Assembly: GCF_009914755.1 (NCBI RefSeq)
Contig: NC_060940.1
Source of the DNA: the human T2T-CHM13v2.0 reference genome, Homo sapiens
Strand: one strand, 5' to 3'
Length of the DNA stretch: 64,000 nucleotides
Part shown: in pieces, positions 44,501 to 57,450 of the stretch
Layout: every line of letters starts with the position of its first letter
How positions within the stretch are numbered: the stretch's first letter is position 1
The notes under the pieces: generated by a model
The model's input: the letters and a program-made list of their open reading frames with translations, nothing else
Database searches by the model: none
Told to the model about the DNA's origin: nothing
Position numbers and translations under genes: made by a program

Positions 44501-47500
44501 ATTTGATTCAATTCGGTGATTTCATTTGATTCCATTCAGTGATGTTTCCATTCGACTCCATTCGATGATGATTCCATTCGACTCCATTCAATTATGATTT
44601 CATTCAATTCCATTCGATAATGATTCCCTTCGAATCCATTCGATGATTCCATTCGATTCCATTCAACGATGATTTGATTCGTGTCCATTCGATGATTCCA
44701 TTTGATTCCACTTGATGATGATTCCAATCGAGTCCATTTGATGATTCCATTCAATTCCATTCTCCGATGATTTCTTTTGAGCCCACTCAATGCTTCCACT
44801 CGATTCCATATGATGATGACTCCATTCGATGAAATTCGATGATGATTCCATTCGCTTGCTTTCGATGTGGATTCCACTTGAGTCCGGTAGAAGGTTCTAT
44901 TCAATTACATTCCATGACGATTCCGTTCGAGTCCATTTGATGATTCCATTAGACTCCATTCGATGATGATTCCATTCGATGTTATTCGATGATTCCATTC
45001 GATCTCATTCGATGATGATTCCATTCAACTCCATTCGATGTTTCCATTCGAGTTCATTCTATTATTCCATTAGATTCCATTCGATGATGATTCCATTCGA
45101 TTCCATTTGATGATTGCATTCTATTTCATTTGATGATGATTCCATTCGAGTCCACTCGATGATTCCATTCGAGTCCATTTAATGAATCCATTGTTTTCAA
45201 TTCTATGATGATTATATTGGATTCCATTCGTTGATGATTTCATTCGGTTCCATTCAATGATGATTCTATTCAATTCCTTTCAATGTTTCCATTCAATTCC
45301 ATACGATGATGATTCCATTTGATTTGATTCGACAGTGAGCCATTCGATTCAATTCCATGATGATTCTATTTGATTCAATTGGTTGACATTTCCATTCGAT
45401 TCCATTCGATGATGATTCCCTTTGATTCCGTTCAAAGATGATTCCATTCTAGCCCATTCAATCATTCCATTCGATTCTATTCAATGATGATTCCATTCAT
45501 GTCGATTTGGTGATTCCATTTGACTTCATTTGATGATGATTCCTTTCAAGTTCATTAGATGATTCCATTCGATTCCATTGGATGATGATCCCATTCGAGT
45601 CCATTCAGTGATTCCATTCGTTTCCATTCCATGATGATTCCATTCCATTCCATGCAATGATTCCATTCGATTCCGTTTGATGATGATTTCATTCGAGTCC
45701 ATTTGATGATTCCATTTGATTCCATTCGATGATGATTCCATTCGAGTCCATTCGATGATTCTATTCGAATCCATTTGATGATTTCTTTTGATTATATTTG
45801 GTGATGATTCCATTGGAGTCCATTCAATGATTCCATTCTATTCCAATCGATGATGATTCCATTAGAGTCCATTTAATGATTCCATTTGATTCCAGTCTCT
45901 GATGATTACATTCGAGTCCCTACGATGATTCCACTCAATTCCATATGATGATGATTCCATTTGATTCCATTCGGTGATTCCATTCTATTCCATTCAATGG
46001 TGATTCCATTCGAGTACATTAGATGATTCCATTCGATTCCATTCAATGATGATTCTATTTGTGTCCCTTAGATGATTCCACATGATTCCATTAGATGATG
46101 ATACTATTTGAGCCCATCCAATGATTCCCTTCGATTCCATTCGATGAGGATTCCATTCGATTCAATTCATTGGTGATTCTATTCAATTCAATTCTTTGAC
46201 TCCATTCCATTCCACTCGACAATGATTCCATTCGATTTCTTTCGATGATTCCACTCGATTCCACTTGACATTGATTCCATTCGATTCCATTCAATGATTC
46301 CATTTGATTCCAGTGGATGATGATTGCCATCGATTCCATTCGATCACTCCATTCTATTCCATTTGATGATGATTACATTCGATTCCATTTGATGATTCCA
46401 TCTGATTCTATTCGAGGATTCCATTTGATTCCATTCGATGATGATTCCATTCGAGTCCATTCGATGATTTCATTCGAGTACATCCAATGATTCCATTCGA
46501 GTCCATTAGATGATTCCATTTGATTCCATTTGAAAATGATTCTACTAGAGTCCATTCAATGACTCCATTCGAGTCCATTCAACAATTCCATTCGACTCCA
46601 TTCGATGATTCCATTCGATTCCATTTGATGGTTCCATTCGAGTCCATTTAATCATTACAGTCGAGTCCATTTGGTGATTCCACTGGATTTCTTTTGACAA
46701 TGATACCATTCAATTACATTTGATGATTATCCCATTCAATTTCATTTGATGATGATTCCCTTAGAGTCCATTCGATGATTTCATTCGAGTCCTTTCATTG
46801 ATTCCATCCGATTTCATTTGATGATGACTCCATTCGAGTCCATTCGATGATTCCACTCGATTCCATTAGATGATTCCATTGGAGTCCATTTGATTGTTCC
46901 ATTCGATTCCATTCGATTCCTTTCGAAGATTATTCCATTTGAGTCCATTCGATGATGATTCCATTCCATTCCATTCGATGATTCCGTTTGATTCCATTCG
47001 ATGATTCCCTTCGATTCCTTTCTTTGATGATTCCATTCCATTCCATTCAATGATTCCATTCGAATCTATTCCATGATGATTCCTTTCGATTCCATTCGCT
47101 GATGTTTCCGTTCAATTCCATTCGATGATGATTCCATTCGATTCCATTCATTGAGGATTCCATTTGATTCCATTCAATGATGATTCCGTTCTATTCCATT
47201 CAATGATTGCATTCAATTCCATTCAATGATTATCCCATTAGAGTAAACTCAACGATTCCATTCAATACCATTCGATGATGATTCCTTTTGAGTCCATTCA
47301 ATGATTTCATTCAAGTTCATTTGATGATTCCTTTCAATTCCATTCTATGATGATTCCATTCGAGTCCATTCGATGATTCCATTCGATTGCATTCGATGAT
47401 TCCATTATATTCCATTCAACGATGATTCCATTCGAGTCCATTCGATGATTCCATTAGAGTACATTTAATGATTGCTTTGTTTTCAATTCGAAGATGATTA

Positions 47501-47618
47501 CATTGGATTCCATTCTATGATACCATTCGATTCCATTCAATGATGATTCCACTCAAATCCATTGGATGATTCCATTCGTGTCCATTCGATGATTCCATTC
47601 AATTCCATTCGATGATGA
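41557..47618 (+). repeat. Full-length ~6.1-kb base unit (6,062 bp; ~6,111 bp between AGTAAACTC markers)
   Basis: AGTAAACTC at 41131 and 47242. A 49-bp deletion near 47585 accounts for the difference between the two lengths. Confidence 0.88.
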
Positions 47619-49799
47619 TTCCATTCCAGTCCATATGATCATTCCATTTGATTTCATTCGATGATGATTCCATTCGATTCCATTCGATGATTCCATTCTA
47701 TTCCATTCGATGATGATTCCATTCGAGTCCATTCGATGATTCCATTCGAGTCCACTTAATGATTCCATTGGGTTCAATTCAATGATGATTACATTGGATT
47801 CCGTTCTATGATTCCATTCAATTCCGTTCATTGACAATTTGATTCCATTCGATGATGATTCCATTTGAGTTCATTCGATGATTCTATTCGATTCTCGTCG
47901 ATGGTGATTCAATTCTATTATATTGGATGATTCCATTCGATTCCATTTGATGTTGATTCAATTCGATTCTATTCGATGATGATTCCATTGGATTTCACTT
48001 GATGATTCTATTCGATTCCATTCAATGATGATTCACTTCTCGTCCATTGGATGATTCCATTTCATTCCTTTCGATGATGATTCCATTCGATTCCTTTCGA
48101 TGATTCCATTTGATTCCATGCGACGGTGAGCAATTCGATTCAATTCCATGATGATTCTATTTGATTCAATTAGATGATGTTTCCATTCGAATCCATTCCA
48201 TGATTATTCCATTGGAATCCATTTGGCGATGATTCCATATGAGTCAATTCAATGATGATTCCATATGGGTCCGTTCGATGATAATTCCATTTGATTTCAT
48301 TCGATGCTTCTATTCAATTCCAGTCGATGATGATTCCGTTGGAGTCCATACGATGATTGCATTTGATTTCATTTGATGATGATTCCATTCGATGATGATT
48401 ACATTGGATTCCATTCTATGATTCCATTCAATTCCATTCGTTGATGATTCGATTCCATTCAATGATGATTCCATTTGAGTTCATTCGATGATTCTATTCG
48501 ATTCCGTTCGATGGTGATTCAATTCTATTATATTGGATGATTCCACTCGATTCCATTTGATGATTATTCCATTGGAGTCCACTTAGTGAATCCTTTAGAT
48601 TCTACTCGAAGATGATTCCATTCGAGTCCATTCGATGATACCATTCAATTCCATTCGTTGATGCTTCCATTCAAGTGCATTCGATGATATCATTCGATTC
48701 CATTTGATGATAATTCCATTTGATTCCATGCGATGATTCTATTCGATTCCATTCAATGATAATTCCATTCAATTCAGTGATTCCTCTGGACTCCATTTGA
48801 TGATGATTCCATTCAATGATTCCATTCGATTCTATTCCAAAATGATTCCATTTGAATCCATTTGATGATGATTCCATTAGATTCCATTTGATGATTCCAT
48901 TCGATTCCATTTGACGATGATTCCATTTGATTCCATTTGATGATTCCATTCTATTCTATTCGATGATGATTCCATTCGATTCCATTCGATGATGATTGGA
49001 TTCGATTCCATTTGATGATTTCATTTGATTCCATTCGTTAATGATTTTGATCAACTCCATTCGATGATTCCATTTAATTCCATTCGATAATGTTTACATC
49101 CGAGTCCATTCAATGATTCCATTTGAGCCCGTTCGATAATTCCATTTGAGTCCAATCAATGATTCCATTCATTTCCATTCAATGATTCCATTCGAATCTA
49201 TTCCATGATGATTCCTTGCGATTCCATTCGCTGATGTTTCCGTTCAATTCCATTCGATGATGATTCCATTCGATTCCATTCATTGAGGATTCCATTTGAT
49301 TCCATTAAATGATGATTCCGTTCTATTCCATTCAATGATTGCATTCAATTCCATTCAATGATTATCCCCTTAGAGTAAACTCAACGATTCCATTCAATAC
49401 CATTCGATGATGATTCCTTTTGAGTCCATTCAATGATTTCATTCAAGTCCATTTGATGATTCCTTTCAATTCCATTCTATGATGATTCCATTCGAGTCCA
49501 TTCGATGATTCCATTCAATTGCATTCGATGATTCCATTATATTCCAGTCAACGATGATTCCATTCGAGTCCATTCGATGATTCCATTAGAGTACATTTAA
49601 TGATTGCTTTGTTTTCAATTCGAAGATGATTACATTGGATTCCATTCTATGATACCATTCGATTCCATTCAATGATGATTCCACTCAAATCCATTGGATG
49701 ATTCCATTCGTGTCCGTTCGGTGATTTCATTAGATTCCATTCGAGGATGATTCCATTCGATTCCATTCGATGATTCCATTCAATTCCATTCGATGATGA
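47619..49799 (+). repeat. Truncated 2,181-bp unit
   Basis: ORF offsets 47864->50045 and 48671->50852 equal 2,181. Junction at ~49173-49195. Confidence 0.85.
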
Positions 49800-52219
49800 T
49801 TCCATTCCAGTCCATATGATCATTCCATTTGATTTCATTCGATGATGATTCCATTCGATTCCATTCGATGATTCCATTCTATTCCATTCGATGATGATTC
49901 CATTCGAGTCCATTCGATGATTCCATTCGAGTCCATTTAATGATTCCATTGGGTTCAATTCAATGATGATTACATTGGATTCCGTTCTATGATTCCATTC
50001 AATTCCGTTCATTGACAATTTGATTCCATTCGATGATGATTCCATTTGAGTTCATTCGATGATTCTATTCGATTCTCTTCGATGGTGATTCAATTCTATT
50101 ATATTGGATGATTCCATTCGATTCCATTTGATGTTGATTCAATTCGATTCTATTCGATGATGATTCCATTGGATTTCACTTGATGATACTATTCGATTCC
50201 ATTCAATGATGATTCACTTCTCGTCCATTGGATGATTCCATTTCATTCCATTCGATGATGATTCCATTCGATTCCTTTCGATGATTCCATTTGATTCCAT
50301 GCGACGGTGAGCAATTCGATTCAATTCCATGATGATTTTATTTGATTCAATTAGTTGATGTTTCCATTCGAATCCATTCCATGATTATTCCATTGGAATC
50401 CATTTGGCGATGATTCCATATGAGTCAATTCAATGATGATTCCATATGGGTCCGTTCGATGATAATTCCATTTGATTTCATTCGATGCTTCTATTCAATT
50501 CCAGTCGATGATGATTCCGTTGGAGTCCATACGATGATTCCATTTGGTTTCATTTGATGATGATTCCATTCGATGATGATTACATTGGATTCCATTCTAT
50601 GATTCCATTCAATTCCATTCGTTGATGATTCGATTCCATTCAATGATGATTCCATTTGAGTTCATTCGATGATTCTATTCGATTCCGTTCGATGGTGATT
50701 CAATTCTATTATATTGGATGATTCCACTCGATTCCATTTGATGATTATTCCATTGGAGTCCACTTAGTGAATCCTTTAGATTCTACTCGAAAATGATTCC
50801 ATTCGAGTCCATTCGATGATACCATTCAATTCCATTCGTTGATGCTTCCATTCAAGTGCATTCGATGATATCATTCGATTCCATTTGATGATAATTCCAT
50901 TTGATTCTATGCGATGATTCTATTCGATTCCATTCAATGATAATTCCATTCAATTCAGTGATTCCTCTGGACTCCATTTGATGATGATTCCATTCAATGA
51001 TTCCATTCGATTCTATTCCAAAATGATTCCATTTGAATCCATTTGATGATGATTCCATTAGATTCCATTTGATGATTCCATTCGATTCCATTCGACGATG
51101 ATTCCATTCGATTCCGTTTGATGATTCCATTCTATTCTATTCGATGATGATTCCATTCGATTCCATTCGATGATGATTGGATTCGATTCCATTTGATGAT
51201 TTCATTTGATTCCATTCGTTAATGATTTCGATCAACTCCATTCGATGATTCCATTTAATTCCATTCGATAATGATTACATCCGAGTCCATTCGATGATTC
51301 CATTTGAGCCCGTTCGATAATTCCATTTGAGTCCAATCAATGATTCCATTCATTTCCATTCAATGATTCCATTCGAGTCCATTTGATCATTCTGGTAGGG
51401 TCCGTTCGATGTTGATTCCATTAGAGTGCATTCGATGATTCCATTCGAGTCCATTTTATGATTTGATTCGAGTCCTTTCGATGATTCCTTTCGATTCCAC
51501 TCGATGATGATTTCATTCGAGTCCATTCGACACTTCCAATCGATTGCATTTGATGTTTCCATTCGAGTCCAATTGATGATTCCATTCAATTCCATTCGAT
51601 GATGATTCCGTACGATTCCATTCTGTGATGATTCCATGTGATTGCATTCAATGATGATTCCTTTCGATTGCATTCGATTATGATTCATTTCGTGTTCATT
51701 CTATGGTTCCACAGGTTTCCATTCGATGACGTTTCCGTTCGTGTCCATTCCATTATTCCATTCTATTTCATTTGATGATGATTCCATTCGATTCCATTCA
51801 TTGGTGATTCCACTCAATTCCATTCAATGATTCCATTCCATTTCTTTCAACAATGATTCCATTAGTTTCTATTCGATGATCCACTTGATTCCATTTGGCG
51901 ATGATTCCATTCGTGTCCATTCGATGATTCCATTTGATTCCATATGATGATGATTCCATTCGATTCCATACCATGATGATTCCATTCGAGTCCATTCAAT
52001 GGTGATTCCATTCAATTCCATTCGATGATTCCTTCCGATTCCATTCGATGATGATGGCATTCGATTCCTTTCAATCATTCCCTTTGATTCCATTCAAAGG
52101 TGATTTCATTCAAGTCCATTCGATAATTGCATTCGATTCCATTCTATGATGATTCCATTCGAGTCCATTTGATGATTCCATTCAATTCAAGTCAATGATG
52201 ATTCCATTCGATTCCACTC

Positions 52220-54260
52220 GATGATTCCATTGGATTCCATTCGATGATGATTCCATTCAAATCCATTCGATAATTCAATTCAAGTCCATTTGATGATGAT
52301 TCCAATCGAATCCATTCAAAGATTCCATTCAATTCCATTCGATGATGATTCCCTTAGATTCCATTCGATGATTCCACTTGATTCCGTTTACGATGATTCC
52401 ATTCGATTCCATGTGATGAATCCATTCAATTCTATTCAATGATGTTTCCATTTGATTCCATTGGACCATGATTGCCTTTGATTCCATTCAATGATTCCAT
52501 TCTGTTCCATTTGATGATGATTCCATTCGATTCCATTTCATTATTCCATTTGATTCCATTGGATGAGTCCATTCGATTACATTCGATGATTATTCCATTC
52601 GAGTGCATTAGATGATTGCATTCGAGTCCATTCGATGATTCCATTCGATTCCATTCGATGTTGATTCTGTTCAAATCCATTCGATGATTCCACTCGATTC
52701 CATTCGATGACTCCATTTGATCCCATTCGATGATTTCCTGTGATTCCCTTTGATGATCTTTCTATTTGATTCAATTCGGTGATTTCATTTCATTCCATTC
52801 AGTGATGTTTCCATTCGACTGTATTCCATGATGATTCCATTCGACTCCATTCGATTATGATTTCATTCAATTCCATTCAATAATGATTCCCTTCGAGTCC
52901 ATTCGATGATTCCATTCGATTCCATTCAACGATGATTTGATTCGTGTCCATTCGATGATTCCATTTGATTCCACTTGATGATGATTCCATTCGAGTCCAT
53001 TTGATGATTCCATTCAATTCCATTCTCCGATGATTTCTTTTGAGCCCATTCAATGCTTCCACTCGATTCCATATGATGATGACTCCATTCGATGAAATTC
53101 GATGATGATTCCATTCGCTTGCGTTCGATGATGATTCCACTTGAGTCCGTTAGAAGATTCTATTCAAATACATTCCATGACGATTCCGTTCGAGTCCATT
53201 TGATGATTCCGTTAGACTCCATTCGACGATGATTCCATTCGATGTTATTCGATGATTCCATTCGATCTCATTCGATGATGATTCCATTCAACTCCATTCG
53301 ATGTTTCCATTCGAGTTCATTCTGTTATTCCATTAGATTCCATTCGATGATGATTCCATTCGATTCCATTTGATGATTGCATTCTATTTCATTTGATGAT
53401 GATTCCATTCGAGTCCATTTAATGAATCCATTGGTTTCAATTCTATGATGATTACATTGGATTCCATTCGTTGATGATTTCATTCGGTTCCATTCAATGA
53501 TGATTCTATTCAATTCCTTTCAATGTTTCCATTCAATTCCATACGATGATGATTCCATTTGATTTGATTCGACAGTGAGCCATTCGATTCAATTCCATGA
53601 TGATTCTATTTGATTCAATTGGTTGACATTTCCATTCGATTCCATTCGATGATGATTCCCTTTGATTCCATTCAAAGATGATTCCATTCTAGCCCATTCA
53701 ATCATTCCATTCGATTCTATTCAATGATGATTCCATTCATGTCGATTTGGTGATTCCATTTGACTTCATTTGATGATGATTCCTTTCAAGTTCATTAGAT
53801 GATTCCATTCGATTCCATTTGATGATGATCCCATTCGAGTCCATTTGATGATTCCATTCGTTTCCATTCCATGATGATTCCATTCCATTCCATTCAATGA
53901 TTCCATTCGATTCCGTTTGGTGATGATTTCATTCGAGTCCATTTGATGATTCCATTTGATTCCATTCGATGATGATTCCATTCGAGTCCATTCGATGATT
54001 CTATTCGAATCCATTTGATGATTTCTTTTGATTATATCTGGTGATGATTCCATTGGAGTCCATTCAATGATTCCATTCGATTCCAATCGATGGTGATTCC
54101 ATTAGAGTCCATTTAATGATTCCATTTGATTCCAGTCTCTGATGATTACATTCGAGTCCATACGATGATTCCACTCAATTCCATATGATGATGATTCCAT
54201 TCGATTCCATTCGATGATTCCATTCGATTCCATTCAATGATGATTTGATTCGTTTCCATT
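52220..54260 (+). repeat. Truncated ~2.04-kb unit
   Basis: Block marker AAATCCATTCGATAATTCAATTCAAG recurs at ~52260 and ~54301. Confidence 0.7.
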
Positions 54261-57200
54261 CGATGATTCCATTGGATTCCATTCGATGATGATTCCATTC
54301 AAATCCATTCGATAATTCAATTCAAGTCCATTCGATGATGATTCCAATCGAATCCATTGAAAGATTCCATTCAGTTCCATTCGATGATTCCCTTAGATTC
54401 CATTCGATGATTCCACTTGATTCCATTTACGATGATTCCATTTGATTCCATGTGATGATTCCATTCAATTCTATTCAGTGATGTTGCCATTTGATTCCAT
54501 TCGACCATGATTGCCTTTGATTCCATTCAATGATTCCATTCGGTTCCTTTTGATGATGATTCCGTTCGATTCCATTTGATGATTCCATTTGATTCCATTG
54601 GATGAGTCCATTCGATTACATTCGATGATTATTCCATTCGAGTGCATTAGATGATTCCATTCGAGTCCATTCGATGATTCCATTCGATTCCATTCGATGT
54701 TGATTCTGTTCAAATCCATTCGATGATTCCACTCGATTCCATTCGATGACTCCAGTTGATCCCATTCGATGGTTTCCTGTGATTCCCTTTGATGATCATT
54801 CCATTTGATTCAATTCGGTGATTTCATTTGATTCCATTCAGTGACGTTTCCATTCCACTCCATTCGATGATGATTCCATTCAACTCCATTCGATTATGAT
54901 TTCATTCAATTCCATTCGATAATGATTCCCTTCAAGTCCATTCGATGATTCCATTCGATTCCATTCAACGATGATTTGATTCGTGTCCATTCGATGATTC
55001 CATTTGATTCCACTTGATGATGCTTCCATTCGAGTCCATTTGATGATTCCATTCAATTCCATTCTCCGATGATTTCTTTTGAGCCCATTCAATGCTTCCA
55101 CTCGATTCCATATGATGATGACTCCATTCGATGAAATTCGATGATGATTCCGTTCGCTTGCGTTCGATGATGATTCCACTTGAGTCCATTAGAAGATTCT
55201 ATTCAATTACATTCCATGACGATTCCGTTCGAGTCCATTTGATGATTCCATTAGACTCCATTCGACGATGATTCCATTCGAAGTTATTCGATGATTCCAT
55301 TCGATCTCATTCGATGATGAGTCCATTCAACTCCATTCGATGTTTCCATTCGAGTTCATTCTATTATTCCATTAGATTCCATTCGATGATGATTCCATTC
55401 GATTCCATTTGATGATTGCATTCTATTTCATTTGATGATGATTCCCTTCGAGTCCACTCGATGATTCCATTCGAGTCCATTTAATGAATCCATTGGTTTC
55501 AATTCTATGATGATTACATTGGATTACATTCGTTGATGATTTCATTCGGTTCCATTCAATGATGATTCCATTCAATTCCTTTCAATGTTTCCATTCAATT
55601 CCATACGATGATGATTCCATTTGATTTGATTCGACAGTGAGCCATTCGATTCAATTCCATGATGAATCTATTTTATTCAATTGGTTGACATTTCCATTCG
55701 ATTCCATTCGATGATGATTCCCTTTGATTCCATTCAAAGATGATTCCATTCTAGCCCATTCAATCATTCCATTCGATTCTATTCAATGATGATTCCATTC
55801 ATGTCGATTTGGTGATTCCATTTGACTTCATTTGATGATGATTCCTTTCAAGTTCATTAGATGATTCCATTCGATTCCATTTGATGATCATCCCATTCGA
55901 GTCCATTCAGTGATTCCATTCGTTTCCATTCCATGATGATTCCATTCCATTCCATTCAATGATTCCATTCGATTCCGTTTGATGATGATTTCATTCGAGT
56001 CCATTTGATGATTCCATTCGTTTCCATTCCATGATGATTCCATTCTATTCCATTCAATGATTCCATTCGATTCCGTTTGGTGATGATTTCATTCGAGTCC
56101 ATTTGATGATTCCATTCGATTCCATTCGATGATGATTCCATTCGAGTCCATTCGATGATTCTATTCGAATCCACTTGATGATTTCTTTTGATTATAGTTG
56201 GTGATGATTCCATTGGAGTCCATTCAATGATTCCATTCGATTCCAATCGATGGTGATTCCATTAGAGTCCATTTAATGATTCCATTTGATTCCAGTCTCT
56301 GATGATTACATTCGAGTCCATACGATGATTCCACTCAATTCCATATGATGATGATTCCATTCGATTCCATTCGATGATTCCATTCTATTCTAATCGATGA
56401 TGATTCCATTCGATTCCATTCGATGATGATTGGATTCGATTCCATTTGATGATTTCATTTGATTCCATTCGTTAATGATTTCGATCAACTCCATTCGATG
56501 ATTCCATTTGATTCCATTCGATAATGATTACATCCGAGTCCATTCAATGATTCCATTTGAGCCCGTTAGATAATTCCATTTGAGTCCAATCAATGATTCC
56601 ATTCATTTCCATTCAATGATTCCATTCGAGTCCATTTGATCATTCTTGTAGGGTCCGTTCGAAGTTGATTCCATTAGAGTGCATTCGATGATTCCATTCG
56701 AGTCCATTTTATGATTTGATTCGAGTCCTTTCGATGAATCCATTCGATTCCACTCGATGATGATTTCATTCGAGTCCATTCGACACTTCCAATCGATTCC
56801 ATTTGATGTTTCCATTCGAGTCCAATTGATGATTCAATTCCATTCGATGATGATTCCGTACGATTCCATTCTGTGATGATTCCATGTGATTGCATTCAAT
56901 GATGATTCCTTTCGATTGCATTCGATTGTGATTCATTTCGTGTTCATTCTATGGTTCCACAGGTTTCCATTCGTGTCCATTCCATTATTCCATTCTATTC
57001 CATTTCATGATGATTCCATTCGATTCCATTCATTGGTGATTCCACTCAATTCCATTCAATGATTCCATTCCATTTCTTTCAACAATGATTCCATTAGTTT
57101 CTAATCGATGATCCACTTGATTCCATTTGATGACGATTCCATTCTTGTCCATTCGATGATTCCATTTGATTCCATATTATGATGATTCCATTCGATTCCA

Positions 57201-57450
57201 TACGATGATGATTCCATTCGAGTCCATTCAATGGTGATTCCATTCAATTCCATTCCATGATTCCTTTTGATTCCATTCGATGATGATGGCATTCGATTCC
57301 TTTCAATCATTCCCTTTGATTCCATTCAAAGGTGATTTCATTCAAGTCCATTCGATAATTGCATTCGATTCCATTCTATGATGATTCCATTCGAGTGCAT
57401 TTGATGATTCCATTCAATTCAAGTCAATGATGATTCCATTCGATTCCATT
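54261..57450 (+). repeat. Truncated ~3.19-kb unit
   Basis: The same marker recurs at 54301 and 57491. ORFs 55179 and 58369 are offset 3,190. Junction near 56385. Confidence 0.7.
55912..56107 (+). repeat. 98-bp local tandem duplication
   Basis: CGTTTCCATTCCATGATGATTCC...TTCCGTTTG occurs at 55921 and 56019, but only once in other units. Confidence 0.8.
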
